28,021 bases of DNA from Candidatus Calescibacterium sp. GTDB lineage: Bacteria > Calescibacteriota > Calescibacteriia > Calescibacteriales > Calescibacteriaceae. Within the stretch, counting starts at the first letter, position 1. Each line of letters starts with the position of its first letter. The stretch spans positions 1 to 28,021 of the forward strand of contig JAVVGL010000023.1 of NCBI GenBank assembly GCA_032249135.1, written 5' to 3'. The notes under the pieces were generated by a model that ran no database searches, had not been told where the DNA came from, and worked only from the letters and a program-made list of their open reading frames with translations. The translations under genes and the position numbers were made by a program. Below, piece after piece: positions 1 through 7,324 of the stretch.

Positions 1-188
1 TCAACTGGGAGTCCCGGTAAAAACTCACCTTCTGAGGCTATGCAGAAGTCAAAAAGTCCGTATCCATAGATGTTTAGTTTTTCAGAAAATATAGTGCTAA
101 CTTCTTGGGCTTTTGCTGTACCTACGAGACCTGCCACCAAAAGAAAGAAAGAAAGAAAGAAAGAAAGAATATAAATTTGTTTTTTCAT
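1..188 (-). CDS. Secreted/outer-membrane protein with signal peptide, 5' part only (runs off the window)
   Basis: Not in the ORF track. Manual translation from ATG at 188 gives MKKQIYILSFFLSFFLLVAGLVGTAKA|QEVSTIFSEKLNIYGYGLFDFCIASEGEFLPGLPV..., open to the window edge. It has a Sec signal peptide with an A-K-A cleavage site and a strong AGGAGGTGA RBS (plus strand tcacctcct, 196-204 region). Confidence 0.8.
   Translation of the reverse strand, partial: MKKQIYILSFFLSFFLLVAGLVGTAKAQEVSTIFSEKLNIYGYGLFDFCIASEGEFLPGLPV
140..167. repeat. Tetranucleotide simple sequence repeat (AAAG)7
   Basis: Seven perfect AAAG units read directly; they encode LSFFLSFFL in the signal peptide of the minus-strand gene. 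Confidence 0.9.
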
Positions 189-347
189 TTCTTTTTCACC
201 TCCTTTTACTTTGTTTTTATCAAACATAAAGTTTAAAAAAAATAAGTGTTTTCAATTTTCAAAAAAAAAAAAAGTTGCTTCTAAAAAAAAAATTAAACAA
301 TTTGCAAAAATTTTTCATTATTTTTTCTCCGAAAATTTTTTATTTTT

Positions 348-641
348 TTATTTTTTTCCTATATCTTTAAGGATTTTCTTTGCTATATCTTTTTTTTCTT
401 CTGGTGTTTCAGCTAAAATTAGGAGAGCAATAAGCCTGAAACCTTCATCTATTTTTTGAGCTATCATCTTGAAACCTTCGTCCATTTTTTGTCCAAGTTG
501 AGTGAATCCCTGGTCCATCTTGTTAATGATTTTTTCCGTGTTCTCTTTTATGATTTTCCCATTTCTCCAAGCAAGATAAGTTATAATAAATGCCATCAAG
601 GTAATCCCAATTCCCATTATTGCAACTGCTACCTCCATCAT
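348..641 (-). CDS. Small single-pass membrane protein with 11-residue coiled-coil repeats (hypothetical)
   Basis: N-terminal hydrophobic helix followed by KMDQGFTQLGQ / KMDEGFKMIAQ / KIDEGFRLIAL; AGGAGGTGAG RBS directly upstream. Confidence 0.8.
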   Translation of the reverse strand: MMEVAVAIMGIGITLMAFIITYLAWRNGKIIKENTEKIINKMDQGFTQLGQKMDEGFKMIAQKIDEGFRLIALLILAETPEEKKDIAKKILKDIGKK

Positions 642-753
642 CTCACCTCCTTATTTCGTATGGATTTGAAAACTTTCGGTCAAAACATTATAAAAAAAGT
701 TTAACAATTTTTCAGAAAAAATTTTGTAAGAAAATGAGTTTTACTTTCCATAT

Positions 754-1164
754 TCATTTTTTTGGAGAATATAGAACATCCGACGGAGTTTTTCTTCCAA
801 GTTCTGTTTTATCAAAATCTGAATCAAAACTTATAATTGTCAGACCATATTTTTCTGCAACAACATATTGATACGCATCATCAAAATCAAGATTAAATTG
901 TTTGGCTACCTCTACAAGTCTTCTAAAATCCCCTGGGAATAATCTCAATACACCAATTCCCCCTTTAAAAATAACATCGCTGATAAATTCAGCAAAGACA
1001 TAATATAATTTCTGCCTAAACAATATAATACCTATGGAATAGAGAGAAAACTCAGAAATAAAAACATCCCTTCCTCTCAGCGAATGTAGTAATTTTCCGA
1101 CTTCATCCGCTTTTTCTTGATCAAGAAGCAACTCCAAAAATATATTTGTATCAAGAAGATACAT
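754..1164 (-). CDS. PIN-domain (VapC-like) toxin
   Basis: MYLLDTNIFLE N-terminal motif and LDFDDAYQY...IISFDSDFD acidic residues. Start trimmed to ATG 1164, 4 nt after the upstream gene's stop. Confidence 0.9.
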   Translation of the reverse strand: MYLLDTNIFLELLLDQEKADEVGKLLHSLRGRDVFISEFSLYSIGIILFRQKLYYVFAEFISDVIFKGGIGVLRLFPGDFRRLVEVAKQFNLDFDDAYQYVVAEKYGLTIISFDSDFDKTELGRKTPSDVLYSPKK

Positions 1165-1168
1165 TAAA

Positions 1169-1387
1169 TCAGTCTCCCCACCAATCAAGAGATTTATGCT
1201 GAAGTTCTACGGAGGAGAATTTATTCCGGAGTTCTCTCAAAGCACCTCTCCATGAGAGTTCTAATCTTCCTTTTTTTCTTCTTTTTATATTTTTTTCAAC
1301 TAAAAACTCCACAAAATCCTTTACCTCTTTTTGAAGATCGGGAGGTAATTTTTCAATTAACTCTTTCAATTCCTCTGACATACTCAT
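1169..1387 (-). CDS. DUF2281-family antitoxin-like protein
   Basis: LPPDLQKEVKDFVEFL...LSWRGAL...SVELQH pattern, directly upstream of the PIN gene. Start trimmed to ATG 1387 (or 1381). Confidence 0.85.
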   Translation of the reverse strand: MSMSEELKELIEKLPPDLQKEVKDFVEFLVEKNIKRRKKGRLELSWRGALRELRNKFSSVELQHKSLDWWGD

Positions 1388-1394
1388 ATCAATA

Positions 1395-1423
1395 ATTTTA
1401 TACTTATGAAATTTTAATTTCAA
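1395..1423 (-). promoter_or_regulatory. Sigma70-type promoter of the TA operon with overlapping inverted repeat (candidate operator)
   Basis: Minus strand TTGAAA-17 nt-TAAAAT, then 7 nt to the ATG. TGAAATT-N2-AATTTCA palindrome at 1407-1422 overlaps the -35 box. Confidence 0.65.
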
Positions 1424-1684
1424 TTGAGCAGATTGAAGGAAGAGAATTTGTCCCGAGTTTCCTCCAAGGCACCTCTCCGTTCGCAAATAAGTAAAATTCT
1501 AATTTTGAAGCAAAATGGAAAAATCAAGGTAGTATGAGAAATAAAAAACATAAGTTTTTTAGCAGTTTTATTTAATATTGAAATAAAGGTTTTGAAAAAA
1601 GGATTCCGAACACAATCAGGAAAAACAACATAAATTTGAAATCATCACTAAAATTAAATTTTAAATCATCTCCAAAATTTTTGT

Positions 1685-2563
1685 ATGATCAGAGCAGAAA
1701 AAATTAAGGAGGAGATAAAGAAGGTTTTCAAGAAAGAGCAGGCGAAAGTTCTTATCGCTATCGTAGATATTGTAGATGAGACAGTAAAAGCAAAAGACTT
1801 TAACGAACTCAAAGAAATAGTAAGACAAATAGGGGTAAAACTATCTGAGCTCATCCAAGCTCAAAAAGAAACTGACCAAAAAATAAAAGAACTCACAGAA
1901 GCTCAAAAAAGAACAGATCAAAAAGTCGCCGAGCTTGCAGAAGCTCAAAAGAAAACTGAACAGAAAGTTGAGGAGCTAGCACAAGCTCAAAAAAGAACTG
2001 AACAGAGAGTTGAGGAACTAGCACAGGCTCAAAAAGAAACGGAACAGAAAATCAAAGAGCTTACAGAAGCTCAAAAGAAAACCGAAGAAGAAGTAAGAGA
2101 ACTTACTCGTCAAGTGAGAGCACTTACAGAAGAGATGAGAGAAATAAAAATGGAACTTACAGATGTGAGAAGAGAACTCGGAGAGCTTGGAAAATCTTTC
2201 TCTTATAGCCTTGAAAACGAAGCTTTCAGAATGCTACCAAAATTCCTCAAAGAAAAATACTCAATTGAAATTGAAGAAAAATTCATAAGAAAAGAAATTG
2301 GAGGAAAAGAAATAAACATTTTCGGTTTTGGCAAAAAAGATGGTAAAAGCATAATAGTAATCGGAGAAGCAAGGTCAAGAATTGATACAAAAGAAAAAAT
2401 TGAAGAAGTTCTGCAAGATGTAGAAGAAAAAGAAAAAGTCGTAGCAGAGGAATACAAAGGATTTGATATAATGAAAATTATAATAACACACTTTGCTTCA
2501 AATCTTTCTTTGGAGCTTGCAAAACAAAGGGGAGTTATAATAATTCAAAGCCTTGAGTGGTAA
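1685..2563 (+). CDS. Coiled-coil repeat protein with C-terminal degenerate PD-(D/E)XK-like domain
   Basis: Six AQK(R/K/E)T(D/E)xxxxEL repeats; C-terminal SLENEA...KEINIFG...VIGEARSR...IIQSLEW resembles a restriction-endonuclease-like fold. Confidence 0.7.
   Translation: MIRAEKIKEEIKKVFKKEQAKVLIAIVDIVDETVKAKDFNELKEIVRQIGVKLSELIQAQKETDQKIKELTEAQKRTDQKVAELAEAQKKTEQKVEELAQAQKRTEQRVEELAQAQKETEQKIKELTEAQKKTEEEVRELTRQVRALTEEMREIKMELTDVRRELGELGKSFSYSLENEAFRMLPKFLKEKYSIEIEEKFIRKEIGGKEINIFGFGKKDGKSIIVIGEARSRIDTKEKIEEVLQDVEEKEKVVAEEYKGFDIMKIIITHFASNLSLELAKQRGVIIIQSLEW
1859..2110 (+). repeat. Six imperfect in-frame 42-bp tandem repeats
   Basis: GCTCAAAA starts recur at 1859, 1901, 1943, 1985, 2027 and 2069. 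Confidence 0.9.
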
Positions 2564-2570
2564 TTGGTGC

Positions 2571-3023
2571 TCAAAATATTTTTTTTGAATCAACTATTAT
2601 TGTGACAGGTCCATAATTTACAAGGTGAATCTCCATCATAGCTCCAAATACTCCTCTTTTTACTTCCTTCCCCAATTCTGCTGAGAGTTGATTGCAAAAA
2701 GCATCATAGATTTTTTCTGCTCTATCTCGTGGAGCTGAATTCTCAAACGAAGGTCTATTTCCCCAACGAACATCACCATACAAAGTAAATTGAGATACAA
2801 CAAGAACCTCTCCTCCTATATCTCTTATAGAATAGTTCATCTTACCTGACTCATCTTCAAAAATTCTCAAATTTGAAATTCTTTTTACCATGTAGGATAT
2901 ATCTTCTTCCCCGTCGTCTTTTGCAACTCCAAGAAGAACCAAAATACCCTTACCTATGGAAGATACTTCTTTGCCATCAACTAAAACCCTCGCTGAAAGA
3001 ACCCTCTGAACAACAGCTCTCAT
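2571..3023 (-). CDS. dtd: D-aminoacyl-tRNA deacylase
   Basis: MRAVVQRV, LRIFED, SQFTL, FGAMM and N(Y)GPVT motifs. Confidence 0.95.
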   Translation of the reverse strand: MRAVVQRVLSARVLVDGKEVSSIGKGILVLLGVAKDDGEEDISYMVKRISNLRIFEDESGKMNYSIRDIGGEVLVVSQFTLYGDVRWGNRPSFENSAPRDRAEKIYDAFCNQLSAELGKEVKRGVFGAMMEIHLVNYGPVTIIVDSKKIF

Positions 3024-3164
3024 AACAGAAAAATAATAGTTAAAACATACCTTTGAGAAGAAAAATTAAAATTCTGAAAAGAAAAATTAAAATAAAGAAT
3101 ATGTAATTGACCGAGGTAATTTAATTGGATTGACGGTGATAATTTAATCTCATCAATACAGGAT

Positions 3165-3881
3165 ATGAAAATAGAGGAAGTAGAAAAACTAATTGAGAAG
3201 TTTAAGCTTAAAATTCCGCAAGAAACTCTCAAATATTTTGAAGAATTCAGAGAAGAAAGAGAAAAGATGGTAGACGAAATTGAAGAAAAAGGTGTAAAAG
3301 ATGAAAGAGTTCTTTTAGCAATGAAGCTAATTCCAAGACATATTTTTGTTTCGGAAGAAATAAGAGAATTAGCATACAAAGACCATCCACTGCCCATAGG
3401 GAAAGAGCAGACAATATCACAACCTTTCATTATAGCTCTCATGACAGAAAATCTGGAAATAAAAGAAGATCAGAAGATTTTAGAAATAGGGACTGGATCT
3501 GGCTATCATACAGCGATCTTGGCTTCACTCGCAGGTGAGGTCATAACTATTGAAGTATTTGAGGAACTGTCAGAAAAAGCAAAAAAAATTCTGAAAAAAC
3601 TCGGATTTGATAATGTGAGATTTTTTGTCGGGGACGGTTCAGAAGGATTACCAGAATTTTCCCCATATGACAGAATCTGCGTATCAGCAGCTTCCCCTAA
3701 TATACCTCCTCCACTTTTAGAACAACTCAAGCCAGGAGGAATAATGGTAATACCAATTGGAGATGAAAATGAGCAGGTTCTTAGTAAAATTATAAAAGAG
3801 GGAAACGGAAAAGGTTTTATAAAAAAAGAACTATGTGGATGCAAATTTGTAAAACTAAAAGGAAAATATGGCTTCCCGTAA
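3165..3881 (+). CDS. pcm: Protein-L-isoaspartate O-methyltransferase
   Basis: PRHIFV, QTISQP, LEIGTGSGY, GDGSEG...PYDRI and LKPGG motifs. Confidence 0.95.
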   Translation: MKIEEVEKLIEKFKLKIPQETLKYFEEFREEREKMVDEIEEKGVKDERVLLAMKLIPRHIFVSEEIRELAYKDHPLPIGKEQTISQPFIIALMTENLEIKEDQKILEIGTGSGYHTAILASLAGEVITIEVFEELSEKAKKILKKLGFDNVRFFVGDGSEGLPEFSPYDRICVSAASPNIPPPLLEQLKPGGIMVIPIGDENEQVLSKIIKEGNGKGFIKKELCGCKFVKLKGKYGFP

Positions 3882-4756
3882 TACTTTTATTCCCATTGAT
3901 ATTCTTTTTGATATCTTGTGGATATGGAATATACCACAAGGTACAAAAAGGAGAAACTTTACAGCAGATAGCAAAAAAGTATAATGTACCAGAAAAAGAA
4001 ATAATAGATGCTAACAAAAAAGGACCATTCAAATTTGATCCGCAGAAAATCAAAGAGGGAGATCTTATTTGGATTCCTCTTGATAAAGCTTCTGCCGAAA
4101 TAAAAAATGAATTTGAACTAAAAGAAAAACCTGAACCAAAGGAAAAACCTGAACCAAAAGAAAAACTTGAATACCAACCTAAATCCACAAATACGAAAAC
4201 ACAAAACCAAAAGATAGAAGATAAGAAAAATAACTATGAAGATAACAAAAATAATAAGGGCAGCAACAAAAAAGGAGAAACTGGAATTGGAACACAACTT
4301 ATACAGCCAAAAGATAAAAAAGATTTTCCATCGTTGGCAAAAGTTGATATAAAAAAAGATAAAATAGCAAACGATAATAAGATAAGTTTAAAATTCATAA
4401 AACCAGTTCAGGGAAAAATAATCTCTGAATTTGGTCTGAGAAATGGTAGAATGCACAAGGGTATAGACATCCAAGCCCCCGAGGGAGAAAGTATAAAAGC
4501 GGCAGAGGATGGAGTTGTAATATTTTCAGGTTTCCTGAAAGGGTACGGAAATGTAATAATAATAAAGCACGAAGGAGATTTCTTTACGGTATATGCCCAC
4601 AATAAAGTAAATTTGGTGAAAGAAGGAGAATTTGTAAAAAAAGGTCAAGTTATAGGAAAGGTTGGAATGACCGGCAATGCCCAAACCCCACATCTACATT
4701 TTGAGATAAGAAAAAAAACAAAGCCACTTGATCCTACCGAACATATTCAAGAATAA
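3833..4756 (+). CDS. nlpD: LysM + M23 peptidase lipoprotein (NlpD-like)
   Basis: Lipobox LISC, LysM HKVQKGETL, M23 HKGID and PHLHFE; follows pcm. The start (3833 or 3839) is uncertain. Confidence 0.85.
   Translation: MWMQICKTKRKIWLPVILLFPLIFFLISCGYGIYHKVQKGETLQQIAKKYNVPEKEIIDANKKGPFKFDPQKIKEGDLIWIPLDKASAEIKNEFELKEKPEPKEKPEPKEKLEYQPKSTNTKTQNQKIEDKKNNYEDNKNNKGSNKKGETGIGTQLIQPKDKKDFPSLAKVDIKKDKIANDNKISLKFIKPVQGKIISEFGLRNGRMHKGIDIQAPEGESIKAAEDGVVIFSGFLKGYGNVIIIKHEGDFFTVYAHNKVNLVKEGEFVKKGQVIGKVGMTGNAQTPHLHFEIRKKTKPLDPTEHIQE
4121..4171 (+). repeat. 18-bp in-frame repeat (KEKPEP x2 plus a partial copy) in the NlpD linker
   Basis: aaagaaaaacctgaacca / aaggaaaaacctgaacca / aaagaaaaacttgaa. Confidence 0.8.
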
Positions 4757-4823
4757 AAATTATCTTTCAAATTGAAATTTTACTACAAAACATAATTAAA
4801 ATTTAAAGAAGGAGGTATAAAAT

Positions 4824-7178
4824 ATGGCTGAAAGAAAAACTCTTCCAATGATACCACTGAGGGATATAATTGCTTTTCCTCACATAGTTATGCCACTTAT
4901 AGTAGGAAGACCAAAGTCAATCAGGGCTCTTGACGAAGCTTTGGTCTCTGATGATAAACTTATATTTTTACCCACACAAAAAAATTCACGGATAAATGAA
5001 CCAAAAGAAGAAGATATATATCAGGTTGGAACAATATGCAGAATAAAGGGACACCAGAAAATTCCAAACGAGAACAGGAAGATAGTCGTTGAAGGTGTGC
5101 AAAGAGGGAAAATGGTAAGATTTATAGACAACGGAGAATATCTGATGGCAGAAGTTGAGCTAATTGAAGAGGTAAATGCGAATTCACAAGAGGCAAAAAC
5201 ACTTTCAAAGGAAGTTATTGACCTTTTCAAATCTGTATCAAGGCAGATGAGAATATCAAACGAATATATAGATGTTCTATACAATATAAAAAATCCCGCT
5301 GAAGTCTGTGATGTAATAGCCGCCCAACTTGTAATTCCGCTTGAAAAAAAGCAGGCTATACTTGAAGAAATAGATGTTGTAAAGAGATTAAAGCTGGTCA
5401 AATCTATTCTTGAAGAAGAAATTCAAAACCTTGAGTCAGAAAGAAAATCAAGGGTAAGAGCAAGAGCACGGGGTGAATCGAGTGGAATAATGGGACAAGG
5501 AGATTTCATTCAAGACGAGTGGAGGGAGGAAATAGAAGAACTTGAAAGAAGAGCCGAAGAAAAAGACCTCCCAGAAAGAGTAAGAGAAGTCGTTATGAAA
5601 GAAATAAGAAAATTAAAGCTCATGACCCCCCTTGCAGCAGAAGCGACTGTTGTTAGAAACTATGTCGATTGGCTCCTATCTTTACCTTGGACAGAAAGAA
5701 GCGAAGAAAAACTTGACCTCAAAGAAGCAAAAAAAATTCTTGACGAAGACCACTGGGGGCTCGAAAAAGTAAAAGAAAGAATAATAGAATATCTTGCTGT
5801 CAGAAAATTAGCAGGACCTTCAAAGGCACCAATACTGTGTTTCGTCGGACCCCCCGGGGTTGGGAAAACATCCCTTGCAAGATCAATAGCAAGAGCAACT
5901 GGAAGGAAATTCGTAAGATTATCTTTGGGAGGAGTTAGAGATGAAGCAGAAATAAGAGGGCATAGAAGAACATATATAGGAGCTCTACCTGGACGGATAA
6001 TACAGATGATGAGAAAAGCCGGAACAAAAAACCCTGTTTTTTTACTTGATGAGGTAGATAAACTCTGCTCAGATTTCAGAGGAGATCCTGCAGCTGCCCT
6101 TCTTGAGGTCCTTGACCCTGAACAGAATCACTCATTTTTAGATCACTACATAGATATTGAATATGATCTTTCAGAAGTTTTCTTTATATGCACCGCAAAT
6201 ACTACGTACACAATCCCACCTGCACTACTTGATAGAATGGAAGTCATAAGAATCCCGGGGTACACGGAACACGAAAAATATGAGATAGCAAGAAGGTTTC
6301 TTGTTCCAAAGCAAGCAAAAAATGCGGGATTAAACGAAGATACTTGCGAATTTACAAAAGATGCTCTATATAAAATAATAAGGGAATATACAAGAGAAGC
6401 CGGAGTAAGAAACTTAGAAAGAGAAATAGGAAACGTCATAAGGAAGATAGCGAAAAAAATAGTTGAACAAAACTTAGACCTGAAATCTAATCCAAAATTC
6501 ATAGTTAATGCAAAAGATGTTCAGAAGTTTTTGGGTCCCCCGAAATTCAAACCTTCAGATATTGATACAAAGCCACTTGTAGGTGTAGCCCGAGGACTTG
6601 CGTGGACAGAATTTGGAGGCGAAGTACTTATGATTGAAGTCTCAATCGTCCCCGGAACAGGAAGACTAACTATTACAGGAAAACTTGGAGATGTAATGCA
6701 GGAATCTGTAAAAGCTGCAATATCTTATGTGAGGTCAAGAACAAAAGAGCTTGGAATAGACCCGGAATTTTACTCAAAAACAGATATCCATGTTCATGTT
6801 CCGGAAGGAGCGGTTCCAAAAGATGGACCATCGGCAGGTATAACAATTGCAACCGCTATCATATCATCTCTTACCAAAATACCAGTAAGACCCGATGTTG
6901 CTATGACAGGAGAAATAACATTAAGAGGTAGAGTTCTTCCGATAGGCGGTGTAAAGGAGAAATTACTCGCAGCACACAGGTATAAAATAAACAAAGTAAT
7001 CTTACCGAAGGAGAACGAAAAAGACCTTGAAGAAGTTCCAAAAGAGATACTCAAACAACTCCAAATAAAGTTTGTAGAGCATATGGATGAGGTTGTAGAG
7101 TTCGCCCTTGATGCTCCTCCAGAGAAAATATGGAAAGGTAGAATAGGAATCGGAGAAGAGATTTCAACACCACATTAA
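4824..7178 (+). CDS. lon: ATP-dependent Lon protease (LonA)
   Basis: Walker A GPPGVGKT, GHRRTYIG, LLDEVDK and catalytic PKDGPSAG...GGVKEK; AGGAGG RBS. Confidence 0.98.
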   Translation: MAERKTLPMIPLRDIIAFPHIVMPLIVGRPKSIRALDEALVSDDKLIFLPTQKNSRINEPKEEDIYQVGTICRIKGHQKIPNENRKIVVEGVQRGKMVRFIDNGEYLMAEVELIEEVNANSQEAKTLSKEVIDLFKSVSRQMRISNEYIDVLYNIKNPAEVCDVIAAQLVIPLEKKQAILEEIDVVKRLKLVKSILEEEIQNLESERKSRVRARARGESSGIMGQGDFIQDEWREEIEELERRAEEKDLPERVREVVMKEIRKLKLMTPLAAEATVVRNYVDWLLSLPWTERSEEKLDLKEAKKILDEDHWGLEKVKERIIEYLAVRKLAGPSKAPILCFVGPPGVGKTSLARSIARATGRKFVRLSLGGVRDEAEIRGHRRTYIGALPGRIIQMMRKAGTKNPVFLLDEVDKLCSDFRGDPAAALLEVLDPEQNHSFLDHYIDIEYDLSEVFFICTANTTYTIPPALLDRMEVIRIPGYTEHEKYEIARRFLVPKQAKNAGLNEDTCEFTKDALYKIIREYTREAGVRNLEREIGNVIRKIAKKIVEQNLDLKSNPKFIVNAKDVQKFLGPPKFKPSDIDTKPLVGVARGLAWTEFGGEVLMIEVSIVPGTGRLTITGKLGDVMQESVKAAISYVRSRTKELGIDPEFYSKTDIHVHVPEGAVPKDGPSAGITIATAIISSLTKIPVRPDVAMTGEITLRGRVLPIGGVKEKLLAAHRYKINKVILPKENEKDLEEVPKEILKQLQIKFVEHMDEVVEFALDAPPEKIWKGRIGIGEEISTPH

Positions 7179-7232
7179 TTTTTTTTTGAATAATTATTTT
7201 CCCAATTGATTCTTTTTATTTTTTATATATAT

Positions 7233-7321
7233 GCCGAGGTGGCGGAATTGGTAGACGCGTCGTCTTGAGGGGGCGATGGGGTCAAATCCCCGTGCGGGTT
7301 CAAGTCCCGCCCTCGGCACCA
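7233..7321 (+). tRNA. tRNA-Leu(GAG)
   Basis: GCCGAGG/CCTCGGC acceptor stem, D-loop GG, anticodon arm TCGTC-TTGAGGG-GGCGA, long variable arm, GGTTCAAGTCC T-arm and encoded ACCA. Confidence 0.96.
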
Positions 7322-7324
7322 AAA

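Noticed and set aside
211..871. Plus-strand ORFs 211-459, 456-704 and 620-871
   Set aside because: They are low-complexity or antisense to better-supported minus-strand genes that have RBSs.
1388..1486. N-terminal extension of the DUF2281 ORF from TTG 1486
   Set aside because: A good promoter lies inside it and family-like sequence starts only at MSMSEEL.
1859..2110. Regularly spaced repeats as a possible CRISPR array
   Set aside because: The units are contiguous, in frame and vary like codons. There are no unique spacers and no cas genes.
2600..2625. Dtd NYGP instead of the usual NDGP
   Set aside because: The functional Gly-Pro dipeptide and SQFTL are intact, so this is probably a tolerated substitution.
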